64,000 bases of DNA from Candidatus Iainarchaeum sp. (GTDB taxonomy: Archaea; Iainarchaeota; Iainarchaeia; Iainarchaeales; JAZDFD01). The stretch is from positions 39,673-103,672 of the forward strand of contig JAZDFD010000026.1 in NCBI GenBank assembly GCA_043808155.1. Reading direction: 5' to 3'. A model generated the notes under the pieces. It was not told the origin of the DNA and ran no database searches. It worked only from the letters and a program-made list of their open reading frames with translations. How positions within the stretch are numbered: position 1 is the stretch's first letter; the number at the start of each line of letters is the position of its first letter. Both the position numbers and the translations under genes were made by a program. Positions 40,038 through 53,019 of the stretch are shown in pieces.

Positions 40038-40688
40038 ATGGAACCTGGAACTTTTAATGAGATTGAGCTTATTGTGCATCCTGGCTACCATATTATTGAC
40101 AGATTTGTAAAAAAGGTTGATGCTGCGAGAAAAGAAAACTACGGGGAGTTTAGAGAAATAAAGTTAAGCAGGGCTGAGATTGAATTTCTGAAAAAACGTT
40201 TTGCAGAATATGGCCGGCGTATTCTAGAGGCTGAAAAAAACCCCAACAGGATGGTAATTGTGATAAAACCAAGCGACATGCCAGACACTTTTGAAGAATT
40301 GAGTGGAAACATAGACCCGAAAATCAGGCAAGGAACTAAAATGGTAATGAGACAATTAAAGAGGTTCTCTGATTTTGCAAAAAAGAGATTAGAAGGAAGA
40401 TTTTTTGAGATTGATTGGAAAATAAAGAAAGAAGATGCTTTTGCAATTGCCCCGCTTTTGTCTAAAAATGTTAAAATTTATGCGTCCGGCGAGTATAAGA
40501 ATGACTGCGTAACAGAAGGGGCGCAAACACTTGAAATTTTTCTCAGGGCAAAAGGCAAAAAACCGCAAATTGTTTGGAGAGAGGGCAGGGTTACGAAAAA
40601 CTCAGCAATCCCGAGTGCATCCCAAAGAAGAAAATTGCAGGAAGAGAAAAAGCGCAGGAAGCTGGCTGAAAGGAAAAGGCGCTTATAG
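40038..40688 (+). CDS. Hypothetical basic protein
   Basis: 216-aa ORF ending KKRRKLAERKRRL. Confidence 0.6.
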   Translation: MEPGTFNEIELIVHPGYHIIDRFVKKVDAARKENYGEFREIKLSRAEIEFLKKRFAEYGRRILEAEKNPNRMVIVIKPSDMPDTFEELSGNIDPKIRQGTKMVMRQLKRFSDFAKKRLEGRFFEIDWKIKKEDAFAIAPLLSKNVKIYASGEYKNDCVTEGAQTLEIFLRAKGKKPQIVWREGRVTKNSAIPSASQRRKLQEEKKRRKLAERKRRL

Positions 40689-40758
40689 CAAAAGTCACAT
40701 TGCCCAAAACCTTGCATTTTGGATATGTTTAAATAAAACTTCAATCATAATTGAAAAC

Positions 40759-41541
40759 ATGGAAAAGAAATTAATTTTCGGGATTCTTGCTATTTTTGCA
40801 GTTGTTTTATTGAGCGGGTGCATTGAAGAAAAACCTCTTGCTAATAACACAATAACGGACAATACGGTAACAGGAAATGAAAATGTTTCAATGGATTTTT
40901 CTTCGGAGCCTTGCAGTGAGGATGTGGACGCTTATGACCCCTCAATTCCAAAAGTTATAGAAAAAAATTGGGAGGATAATTCAACATTAAAAGTCCGGGC
41001 TTATGTGAGGACCAACTGTGCGGAGGATGTTCTTAACGGGGATTTCAAAATTGAGGAAAATAAAATAACTTTAGTCTACGAGGCTTCAGATTGCATGGAA
41101 ACCGAAATGGGCTGTGCGGAATGCGACTGCGTGCATGAAATAAATTACACGTTCAGCAACATTGCAAAGAAAGAGTATGAATTTGAGATTGAAAAGAGTT
41201 ATGAGCCCGCAAATGAAAATGTCCGGATGGATTTTTATGCTGAGCCCTGCGATCAAGACATAAACCCCTACGACGAATCAATTCCCAGGGTGCTTGAAAC
41301 TAACTGGGCAAATAATTCAACTTTGGAAGTGATGGTACGTGTTGCAATAAATTGCGCAGAAAGCATTTTGAGCGGGGATTTTGAGATTGAAGGAAATAAA
41401 ATAATTTTGAGTTATGAATCAACTTATTGCGGGGATAACGAAGAAGGCTGTACTCTGTGCAACTGCGCGCATGATTTGATTTACACATTTACGAATATTG
41501 CAAAGAAAGAGTATGAATTTGAGATTAGTGAGATAAGCTAA
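40759..41541 (+). CDS. Lipoprotein with two tandem ~112-aa Cys-containing domains
   Basis: Lipobox LSGC; ENVSMDF...NIAKKEYEFEI repeated at a 336-bp offset. Confidence 0.8.
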   Translation: MEKKLIFGILAIFAVVLLSGCIEEKPLANNTITDNTVTGNENVSMDFSSEPCSEDVDAYDPSIPKVIEKNWEDNSTLKVRAYVRTNCAEDVLNGDFKIEENKITLVYEASDCMETEMGCAECDCVHEINYTFSNIAKKEYEFEIEKSYEPANENVRMDFYAEPCDQDINPYDESIPRVLETNWANNSTLEVMVRVAINCAESILSGDFEIEGNKIILSYESTYCGDNEEGCTLCNCAHDLIYTFTNIAKKEYEFEISEIS

Positions 41542-41616
41542 AAACAAAAAAACGCGCCCGAAAGTTTTATAAAAGAGAAAAACATTAAGTAATATAATAA
41601 GTTAAATGTGATTTCG

Positions 41617-41976
41617 ATGGCATCAAGAATACGTGCAATTATTAGGGAAACAAATCTTACCAAAGCTCATTTTAATGCGTTTCATAAATTTGTTACAAAT
41701 GCTGGAGAGAAACTTACAGGAAAAGGAATACCTTGTAGGAAAAATTCATCTTTTCAAGTTATAAAAGGCGAACATGAATTTAATAATGCAGCAGAATTGA
41801 AGTTACTCAATACAGCTCTTCCCGAACTTGAGAAACATGGTTTTTTTGTAGATAATTTGCCGCCAGGATATATGACTAATCCCTCAATAGTGAAACGTAG
41901 CTTGAGACCCATTTGGTATGAATCTTTGAACAACTGGAAAAATGCTGGAAAAGCACGTGAGAAAAAGAAAAAATAG
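41617..41976 (+). CDS. Hypothetical basic protein
   Basis: MASRIRAIIRE...REKKKK. Confidence 0.55.
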   Translation: MASRIRAIIRETNLTKAHFNAFHKFVTNAGEKLTGKGIPCRKNSSFQVIKGEHEFNNAAELKLLNTALPELEKHGFFVDNLPPGYMTNPSIVKRSLRPIWYESLNNWKNAGKAREKKKK

Positions 41977-42003
41977 CTAACACTAAATTTGTTCTTAACT
42001 CAA

Positions 42004-42018
42004 CGAAAGCTTTATAAA
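42004..42018 (+). promoter_or_regulatory. BRE-TATA promoter of the rRNA operon
   Basis: CGAAAGC followed by TTTATAAA, upstream of the rRNA leader. Confidence 0.6.
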
Positions 42019-42322
42019 GAAAGGGCTGACTTATTATATAAGTAATTTTATTACAAGTGCTTGGGAGAAGTTTTAGGCACGTCTATTTGTCAGCTACGAA
42101 CCGTAGTTGATTTGCATTGTTATTTGCCCGATAGTACCCGTTCTGGCGTTTTTTTCGGCAGCAGGGACTAAGGTGCAAACGTGAGTATCAGAGCTTTTTC
42201 TGGTATGATTTAGGTTTATAGGTTTGAGGAATTTTGACAGTCAATGTCCTTATTCCAATTCCATTTTTAATTAGTGCGATTAAGTTATGCAATGCGGCAA
42301 ATACAAAAATGCATAACATCCG

Positions 42323-43805
42323 ATTCCAGCTGATCCTGCTGGCGGATACTGCTATCGAAGTTCGAATTAGACATGCAAGTCTTATGAGCAATCTATGGTG
42401 TTCATGGCAAACGGCTCAGTAACACGTAGATAACCTAACCTCAGGAGGAGGCAAACCCGGGAAACTGGGCTTAATTCTCCATAGGAAATTGATACTGGAA
42501 GGTTCTTTTTCTCAAAGGATTTAATCCATGATTTAAATCCGCCTGAGGATGAGTCTGCGGTGGATTAGGTTGTTGGCGGGGTAAATGCCCACCAAGCCTA
42601 AGATCTGTACGGGCCTTGAAAGAGGTGGCCCGGAGAAGGACACTGAGATAAGGGTCCTAGCCCCACGGGGTGCAGCAGTCGCGAAACCTCTACAATGCAC
42701 GAAAGTGTGATAGGGGAACTTCGAGTGCGCTCTCTGAGTGCTTTTGCCAAGCCTAAAAAGCTTGGCGAATAAGTGGGGGGTAATATACGTGCCAGCCGCC
42801 GCGGTAATACGTAACCCACGAGTGGTATCCACTAATATTGGGCCTAAAACGTCTGTAGCCTGTTTTGTAAGTCTTTTGTGAAATCAGCCAGCTCAACTTG
42901 TTGAATTGCAAAAGATACTGCACGACTCGAGGCCGGAAGAGGTAAAGGGAATTTCAGGGGTAACGGTGAAATGTTATGATCCCTGAAAGACCACCAGTAG
43001 CGAAGGCGCTTTACCAGGACGGTCCTGACGGTGAGAGACGAAAGCTGGGGGAGCGACCAGGATTAGATACCCTGTTAGTCCCAGCCGTAAACGATGTGGA
43101 CTAGGTGTCCTAATACCTAAGAGGTATGGGGGTGCCGAAGCGAAGGCGTTAAGTCCACTGCCTGGGGAGTATAATCGCAAGGTTGAAACTTAATGGAATT
43201 GGCGGGGGCGCACTACAAGGGGTGGATGCTGCGGTTCAATTGGATTCAACGCCAGATATTTTACCAGAAACGACAGCAGAGTGATGGTCAGTCTGAAGGG
43301 CTTACCTGACGCGCTGAGAGGTGTTGTATGGTCATCGTCAGCTCGTACTATGAAGCGTCCTGTTAACTCAGGCAACGGGCGAGACCCATATTCTTAGTTG
43401 CTATTGCTCAATTTGGGTAAGCACTCTAGGAAAACTGCATGTGTAAACATGAGGAAGGAATGGGCAACGGTAGATCTGTATGGCCCGAATTTTCTGGGCA
43501 ACACGCGGCATACAATGGTTAATACAATGGGCTCCGACTCCGAAAGGAGAAGGTAATCTCCTAACATTAACCTTAGTTCGGATTGAGGGTTGTAACTCAC
43601 CCTCATGAAGCTGGAATCCCCAGTAATCGGAAATCACTATTTTCCGGTGAATAAGTCCCTGCGCCTTGCACACACCGCCCATCAAGCCAGCTGAATGGAG
43701 TTTAGATGAATTGCACTCAACCGAGAGTAATAATTCTGGGCTCTGTAAGGCGGGCTAAGTTGTAACAAGGTGTCCGTAGGGGAACCTGCGGACGGATCAC
43801 CTCCT
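42323..43805 (+). rRNA. rrs: 16S rRNA
   Basis: Starts ATTCCAGCTGATCCTGCTGG, contains GTGCCAGCCGCCGCGGTAA, ends GGATCACCTCCT. Flanking processing stem 42195-42227 / 43850-43880. Confidence 0.98.
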
Positions 43806-43901
43806 ATATTGAATAACAAACGTTATTCATTTTTGGAAAGGCTTGGCTGTCAAACCTTTAATAACCTATAGACCAAAAAAATGACTCGCGGAACACCCGT
43901 G

Positions 43902-43969
43902 ATAATGCGAGCACAAAAGTGCGAGCCAGTCCCACTACAGGTGGGACCCGCACCCGCCGGGCGTTCGGC
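43902..43969 (+). repeat. tRNA leader module, homologous to 16525-16586
   Basis: ATAATGCGA...GTCCCAC/GTGGGAC hairpin, CCGCACCCGCCGGGCGTTCGGC. Confidence 0.8.
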
Positions 43970-44042
43970 GGGCTCGTAGCTCAGTTGGTAGAGCGCTGCC
44001 CTTGCACGGCAGAGGCCACGGGTTCGAATCCCGTCGAGTCCA
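43970..44042 (+). tRNA. tRNA-Ala(TGC) in the 16S-23S spacer
   Basis: GGGCTCG/CGAGTCC acceptor with G3-U70, CTGCC-CT-TGC-AC-GGCAG. Confidence 0.97.
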
Positions 44043-44043
44043 A

Positions 44044-44169
44044 GTCCGGTTTCGACCGGACGTACCGAGATATGTGCACTGTTGCTTTGGCAACAGCGCG
44101 GTAATATATTTCGGAAACCGTGCCACAGCACAAAGCGTGTGGCACCCGCACTAGCCGGGCGTTCGGCTA
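44044..44169 (+). repeat. Structured tRNA trailer element, homologous to 16758-16936
   Basis: UUCG hairpin, CCGAGATATGTGCACTGTTGC...GCAACAGCGCGGTAATAT, GTGCCAC/GTGGCAC and TAGCCG/CGGCTA hairpins. Confidence 0.88.
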
Positions 44170-44344
44170 AGGATATTTACAACATTATTAAATTTTTTAG
44201 TTGTTGCAGGTTGTGAGATTTTTCACAACTCAAGAGCAGAGATTTTAGGATAAATCTTCATCCTAAAATTAGTGACGCGTACATTGGGAAAGGTCTAACA
44301 GACATGTTTTTCTGTGTCGTAATGAGTTATACCTTGAGAAAAAA

Positions 44345-47305
<2,961 letters not shown>

Positions 47306-47361
47306 TTTTCTCATTAGTTCTTATACATAGAAAAACTGTCTGGACTTAATTTCCAATGTAC

Positions 47362-47412
47362 GTAGGGGACTCTGTCCCCTTACAAACCCCTGAAATTTTT
47401 TAGGGGTTTGTG
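47362..47412 (+). terminator. Twin hairpins after the 23S processing stem (possible terminator)
   Basis: GGGGAC/GTCCCC and ACAAACCCCT/AGGGGTTTGT inverted repeats, followed by a T tract. Confidence 0.5.
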
Positions 47413-47490
47413 AATTACTTTTTTTAAATGTAAAAACGTAAAATATGAAAATACAAAATCTAAACATCCGACTGCAAAAAGATAATCAAA

Positions 47491-47524
47491 ATATTACTGC
47501 ACTGTCACAGACAGTGCTACATGT
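47491..47524 (-). repeat. Isolated core module of the tRNA-associated element
   Basis: Minus strand reads ACATGTAGCACTGTC-TGT-GACAGTGC-AGTAATAT, compared with the Leu copy ATATGTGCACTGTTGC...GCAACAGCGC-AGTAATAT. Confidence 0.65.
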
Positions 47525-47611
47525 GTTCACATCCGGAGCGCCGAATAGTTAGTTTTAAATACTACAAAAACATTAATTTGTCAAATTATATTCATTAAAG
47601 GAGGAATCGGA

Positions 47612-47716
47612 ATGGCAAAAACGAACATTAAATATCCAAGCAAACAGCAAATGTTAATCGTTTTCGGAACAGTGGTAGTTGTTTTGATTATTGCAGCTGT
47701 GATGGGTTATATTTAA
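47612..47716 (+). CDS. 34-aa single-TM small protein
   Basis: Strong AAAGGAGG Shine-Dalgarno; MAKTNIKYPSKQQMLIVFGTVVVVLIIAAVMGYI. Confidence 0.6.
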   Translation: MAKTNIKYPSKQQMLIVFGTVVVVLIIAAVMGYI

Positions 47717-47770
47717 CCCAAAATTTATTTTTTACAACTCTAAATTTAAATACTAGTTTCGGCTTTTCAT

Positions 47771-49309
47771 ATGTGTATGAAAAAAATGTTTCTGCTTATT
47801 GTAGTTATTTTACTTGTCCAGCCTGTTTTTGGATCTATTGATATTTTTGAAGGACCCTGTGCAGGGATGATTGATTATGACTGCGTATCTTACTGCAAAA
47901 ATCATCCTGAACTTGTGAATGAGTGTAATTCTTTTTATTCAGATCAGGACTGGTTTATAAATAATGTTTCCTCACCAAATGAAGGAAATACACAATCTAA
48001 AGAAATAAGTGTAAAAATAGAAGTAATTCCTTCCAAAATTATAAAACCTTATTCCACTCTAGAGAAGATTTTATTTCACTTTTTTTTTGAAGATGGTTCA
48101 AAAGTAAATCCTGAAAATATAAAATCAATAGAAGTTACTGCATTAGGTGAAAATTACAATAAAAATGATTTTGAGATTGATGAAACAGAAAATGCCCTAA
48201 CATTGAATCTTAAAAAACAATTTCTTCCAAAAGAGTTTGTAAAATATATGGGAATGGGTTTCAATCAGGATTCATATTTAAGAATAAACCAAGTAGAAGA
48301 AAACTCAGGAGGGCGATTATCTGGGGGGGAAACAGCAAAATTTGAATTTGACCCAGATGCAGAAAATTTTCAAATTGTTTTAAAACAATGGCAGAATGTG
48401 TGTTTTGGCACTCAAAAAAAAGTTGAATTCTCATTACTTTCAGAAGGAGAAACTCTTGAGGAAATAAGAACAGTTATATTTGAAGTTGATGGTGATTTCC
48501 AAACTGAATGTGATTTTTTAGAGGAAAAAAGTTCTGATGAAATTTATAAATTCAGCTGCAGTGTTCCTATTCCAAAAGAAACAGAAACCACCAGTACAGA
48601 AATTATGTATGGGATTTTAGCTGAAGCAAGAGTACAAGGGAAAAAACAAGCCGCAATTGCTGCAACTAACTTTGAACTTTCAAATGATTTAAGATTTGAG
48701 GCAATTTATCCTGAAAAAGGCAGTTCAATGTTGCCATCTGATTCGACAGAAGCTTCCAAATTAAAATTGTGGATTGAATGTTCAGAGTCTTCAGACCCGC
48801 TGGGAGTTGATTCAATTATTGCAGAAGTTAATGGAAAGGAAGTTATGCTTATTAAGAATGAACGTGAAGGATATTTTGAAGCAGAAAATGTTTTCGCAGA
48901 TATTGGAAATGGTGAGTCGTTACAAGTTAGTGTTTCTCTCAAAGAGGATTTTTTAGGAAATTATTTTGATTACGAAACAGTTTTTGATGACAAACCAAAT
49001 GATTTTGGTTTTAATCCAGAACAATTTAATGGAAATCAGCCCAATGAAGGTTTCCCTTGGGACATTATCATTATTGTTGTTGTAATTGCAGTTGCAATAC
49101 TTACAGCTACTTTCTTTCTAAGAAAAAAACAAGATAATATTGAAGAACTAACAGAAAAGAAAAAAGAACTTGAAGGACTCATAAAACAGATTGAAATTGA
49201 ATTTTATAAACGAAGAATTACTGATGTGGATTACAAGAAAAGACTACTTGAATATCAGGAAAAATTGAGATTTATAGACGTTAAATTAGGACTTAAAAAA
49301 CAGAAATAG
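47771..49309 (+). CDS. Secreted acidic protein with a C-terminal TM anchor and cytoplasmic coiled tail
   Basis: N-terminal signal peptide; TM segment WDIIIIVVVIAVAIL. Confidence 0.75.
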   Translation: MCMKKMFLLIVVILLVQPVFGSIDIFEGPCAGMIDYDCVSYCKNHPELVNECNSFYSDQDWFINNVSSPNEGNTQSKEISVKIEVIPSKIIKPYSTLEKILFHFFFEDGSKVNPENIKSIEVTALGENYNKNDFEIDETENALTLNLKKQFLPKEFVKYMGMGFNQDSYLRINQVEENSGGRLSGGETAKFEFDPDAENFQIVLKQWQNVCFGTQKKVEFSLLSEGETLEEIRTVIFEVDGDFQTECDFLEEKSSDEIYKFSCSVPIPKETETTSTEIMYGILAEARVQGKKQAAIAATNFELSNDLRFEAIYPEKGSSMLPSDSTEASKLKLWIECSESSDPLGVDSIIAEVNGKEVMLIKNEREGYFEAENVFADIGNGESLQVSVSLKEDFLGNYFDYETVFDDKPNDFGFNPEQFNGNQPNEGFPWDIIIIVVVIAVAILTATFFLRKKQDNIEELTEKKKELEGLIKQIEIEFYKRRITDVDYKKRLLEYQEKLRFIDVKLGLKKQK

Positions 49310-49344
49310 CAACTTTTAAATACTCTGCATAACGCAATATGTAG

Positions 49345-49597
49345 GAGTAGCAGGTGAGTGGCTAACGGTTCTTTGTGAACTGAGGAAAGTCCGTCCAGCT
49401 CTTTAAAATGATGTTCCTGAAAGGGAACCCAGGGGAACAGAAACGAACTTCTCCAGAATTACTATGATCAAAACTGAGTTTTCTGAAAGAAGATGAAACG
49501 GCCCTTGGTTGAAGTGTCAAAGCTTCAGAGCTGCAAGCATTTAAATGCGCTTAGGTGAATGCCACGGAAACAGAAGACGGCTTACACCCTGCTGCTC
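49345..49597 (+). ncRNA. rnpB: RNase P RNA (compact, about 253 nt)
   Basis: GAGGAAAGTCC (CR-I) and ACAGAAGACGGCTTA (CR-V); P1 GAGTAGCAGG/CCTGCTGCTC; TATA upstream and T tract downstream. Confidence 0.92.
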
Positions 49598-49684
49598 TTT
49601 TTTATCTCTCTGATTCTTTTTGAATTTTGAGATTGTATAATATATTTAAATACTCTCAATTTCTATTATAGTGCAGGTGTAAAA

Positions 49685-52360
49685 ATGATAAATAAAGCAG
49701 AGCTGAAAAAGACATTTACTAAGGACTGGAAGAAACATTATAAGGTTCAGTTTCTGATTGATAAAGGTTTCAAAAGAAAGCAGTGTAAAACCTGTGGAAG
49801 CTGGTTCTGGGCATTAGATGAAAGCAGAGATGTCTGTGCGGATACTTCCTGTGTTGGTTATCAGTTTATTGGGAAAGGAACAAAACATTTTTCATATGTA
49901 GAAACCTGGAAAGAAATTGAAAAATATTTCAAAAAAAGCGGACACACATCAATCAAAAGATATCCCACAGTCTGCAGATGGCGAGATGATTTATACTTTA
50001 CAAATGCATCAATAATTGATTTTCAGCCTTATGTTGTAACAGGAGAAGTTGAACCTCCCGCTAATCCTTTAATTGTTCCGCAAACAAGTTTACGTTTTAA
50101 GGATGTTTCAAATGTTGGTGTTACTGGTGCACACTACACATGCTTTGTGATGTTTGGTCAGCACGCATTTAATACAAAAAAAACAAAACAATTTTACTGG
50201 AAAGATGAAGCATTAGAACACGATTATAATTATCTATTGAAAGTAATTGGCGTTAAAAAAGAAGATTTGGTTTTCAAGGAAGATGTCTGGGCAGGTGGAG
50301 GAACATTTGGCCCCTGCATAGAATACTTTGCAGAAGGAGTGGAATTAGGAAATTGTGTTTTCATGCAGTTTCAGGATTTAGGAAACGGAAAATACACGGA
50401 ATTAAAGAACAAAGTTGTTGATATGGGTGCAGGTTTGGAAAGACTTGCATGGTACACTAACGGAACTGCAACATCTTATGATGTGACTTATGGAGACGTA
50501 ATAAAAAAGATGTTCAAAAATGCAGATTTGAAAATTGATAAAAAATTATTTTTAGAATATTCAAAATTAGCAGGTAAACTAAATATTGATGAAGTTAAAA
50601 ATATTCATGCAGAGAAAGAGAAGATTGCAAAACAACTCGGGGTTTCATATGATGAGCTTTACAAAGGTGTTGAAAAAATTCAGGCACTTTACTCAGTTGC
50701 AGATCATCTAAAAACAATTCTTTACACAACAACAGATGGAATGCTTCCAAGCAATTCAGGTGGGGGATATAATCTGAGAATGCTTCTCAGAAGAGTTTTT
50801 GCATTTGATTCTGAATTGAAACTTAATTTAGATTATGATGATATTATCAGAAGACATGCTGAATTACTTGCCCCATTAGATGACACTGTTTTAGAAGGTG
50901 TAACAACTTCAGTTGCATTAGTAAATGAGGAAGAAAAGAAATTCAAACAAATGAAGGAAACTGCAGGAAAGAAATTATCTGTCGTAATTGAGAATGCAAA
51001 GAAAGGCAAAGAAATTTCACAGGACGATTTAGTGAAATTCTACGAAAGTGAGGGAATCCCTCCAGAAACTGTTCAGGAACTTGCTAAAAAATCAGGTGTT
51101 GAAGTTTCAATTCCCGATGATTTTTATGGTATGATTGCCAAGAAAGATGAGAGAACAAAAAAGAAAATATCGTACGGATTAGAGAAATATCCAAATACAC
51201 AAATGTTATTCCACAAAGACCCTTACATTAATGAATTTACTGCAAAAGTTTTAGGAATTGAAGGAAACGCCTTAATTCTTGACAAAACTTTGTTCTATCC
51301 TGAGTCCGGAGGGCAGGCATCTGACTTTGGAAGCATTGACGGAATTCAGGTTTATGATGTTCAGAAGGAAGGCGGGATTGTTTTACACTTTGTAAAGAAA
51401 ATAGAGAATTTTAAAAGAAACCAAAATGTATATGGTGAAATAGATGCCCAAAGAAGGCTTGCATTAATGAGACACCATACTGCAACTCACCTGCTGAATG
51501 CATCTGCACGTGAATTACTTGGAAAACACATCTGGCAAGGCGGTGCAGAAAAACAGCACAATAAAGCACATCTTGACATTACGCATTTCAAGAAAATTAA
51601 TGAAAAGGAAATTAAAGAACTTGAAATTTTAGTAAATGAAAAAATACTTGCAAATATCCCAATAACAACAGAATTACTTTCACGCGACAAAGCAGAAAGT
51701 AAATATGGTTTCAGAATTTATCAGGGTGGCTTTGTCCCGGGAAAAGAACTGAGGATTATTAATGTAAAAGGTATTGATGTGCAGGCATGTGGCGGAACAC
51801 ATGTTACAAACACAGGGCAAATTGGATTCTTTAAAATAATTAAAAGAGAAAGTGTAAAAGATGGAGTGGAAAGAATCACTTTTGTTGCGGGAATGCCAGC
51901 TCTTCAGTATGTGCAAACCAGAGAAGAACTAATTTCAAAAAGTTCTGAAATTATGAGCGTACCTGAACAAATGTTAGTTGAAAGCACAAACAGATTCTTC
52001 AATGAGTGGAAAGAACAAAGAAAGAGAATTGAGGAGTTACAAGCAAGATTAGGACAAAAAACAGTTGAAAATGCAAATGTTTCAAAAGACGGACACATTA
52101 ATCAGATTCTCCCCTCATCAGATCCGAATGAATTATTAAAAATGGCACAGCAAATCACTAACACAAACAAAAAAGCAATTGCAGTTCTATGTGATGCTAA
52201 CGGAAACCTTGTGATTTTACGCGGAAGCGAATGCAAAAAAAGCGCAAAAGAAATTTTCGGAAAGATTGTTTCACAATGCAAAGGTGCAGGTGGCGGAAAC
52301 GATAAAATCGCACGCGGAAGAATCAAAGACATTGAAAAATTTAAGAAGCTCATTAAGTGA
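49685..52360 (+). CDS. alaS: Alanine--tRNA ligase (archaeal type)
   Basis: RWRDDLYFT, DMGAGLER, HHTATH editing motif, ACGGTH, GGG. Confidence 0.96.
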   Translation: MINKAELKKTFTKDWKKHYKVQFLIDKGFKRKQCKTCGSWFWALDESRDVCADTSCVGYQFIGKGTKHFSYVETWKEIEKYFKKSGHTSIKRYPTVCRWRDDLYFTNASIIDFQPYVVTGEVEPPANPLIVPQTSLRFKDVSNVGVTGAHYTCFVMFGQHAFNTKKTKQFYWKDEALEHDYNYLLKVIGVKKEDLVFKEDVWAGGGTFGPCIEYFAEGVELGNCVFMQFQDLGNGKYTELKNKVVDMGAGLERLAWYTNGTATSYDVTYGDVIKKMFKNADLKIDKKLFLEYSKLAGKLNIDEVKNIHAEKEKIAKQLGVSYDELYKGVEKIQALYSVADHLKTILYTTTDGMLPSNSGGGYNLRMLLRRVFAFDSELKLNLDYDDIIRRHAELLAPLDDTVLEGVTTSVALVNEEEKKFKQMKETAGKKLSVVIENAKKGKEISQDDLVKFYESEGIPPETVQELAKKSGVEVSIPDDFYGMIAKKDERTKKKISYGLEKYPNTQMLFHKDPYINEFTAKVLGIEGNALILDKTLFYPESGGQASDFGSIDGIQVYDVQKEGGIVLHFVKKIENFKRNQNVYGEIDAQRRLALMRHHTATHLLNASARELLGKHIWQGGAEKQHNKAHLDITHFKKINEKEIKELEILVNEKILANIPITTELLSRDKAESKYGFRIYQGGFVPGKELRIINVKGIDVQACGGTHVTNTGQIGFFKIIKRESVKDGVERITFVAGMPALQYVQTREELISKSSEIMSVPEQMLVESTNRFFNEWKEQRKRIEELQARLGQKTVENANVSKDGHINQILPSSDPNELLKMAQQITNTNKKAIAVLCDANGNLVILRGSECKKSAKEIFGKIVSQCKGAGGGNDKIARGRIKDIEKFKKLIK

Positions 52361-52364
52361 TTAC

Positions 52365-52967
52365 ATGAGTTTCTTCAGAAGACCAATTCTTACAAAAAAA
52401 AGAGAAAAAGAACTTACCCATTTTAGAAAATACGCAATCAAAGCACTTCACGAACTTGAGAAAAAAGAAACAAACCATTCAATAAAAGAACTTTACCAAG
52501 ACATGGCAAATAATATTGAAAAAACTCCGCTTATGTTTTATGATGCTCAAAACCTGCGTTCAAATGTTTACAGAGTTGGAAACAGAGTATTTGGTTCAGT
52601 AACCAAAGGCGAACATGTGAGACAGATAATGGTTTACCAGCAGGGCCCTGTGAAATACATCAAAAGCAAAAACTACATCAACCTCCCTGCTGAGCACATC
52701 TTTGGCGGAGACAGAATGAGCATGGATGGAATTTTCACACTCGCACATGAGTATGGGCATTTTCCAAAAAGGCATGTGGATGTTTTCGCAGATGCTTATT
52801 CACTAAATGAAGAACAAGCAGAAGAGCTCCTTGCAGACATCCTATCCGCAAAACTCGCAGTGAAAATGGGCTATCCAAAATCACACGTTCTGAAGCATTA
52901 TTTAGGGCGTGAGATTGTATACGGCACATTCCCATTCAGGCAGTTCATAAAAGATGCTGTGAAATGA
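52365..52967 (+). CDS. Hypothetical protein with an HExxH zinc-metallopeptidase motif
   Basis: LAHEYGH...EELLAD; ATG just after the alaS stop. Confidence 0.65.
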   Translation: MSFFRRPILTKKREKELTHFRKYAIKALHELEKKETNHSIKELYQDMANNIEKTPLMFYDAQNLRSNVYRVGNRVFGSVTKGEHVRQIMVYQQGPVKYIKSKNYINLPAEHIFGGDRMSMDGIFTLAHEYGHFPKRHVDVFADAYSLNEEQAEELLADILSAKLAVKMGYPKSHVLKHYLGREIVYGTFPFRQFIKDAVK

Positions 52968-53019
52968 GTTGAGACGCTTTTAAAAGTATTTTCCATCTCT
53001 GATATTTGAAAGTGAGAAA

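Noticed and set aside
40531-40758. N-terminal extension of the 336-aa ORF (similar extensions at 28843 and 52266)
   Set aside because: The extensions overlap upstream genes or promoters; better starts are ATG 40759, 28888 and 52365.
42050-42320. Hairpin-rich region as a separate 5S rRNA or ncRNA
   Set aside because: It lacks 5S signatures and is explained as the rRNA leader containing the 16S processing stem.
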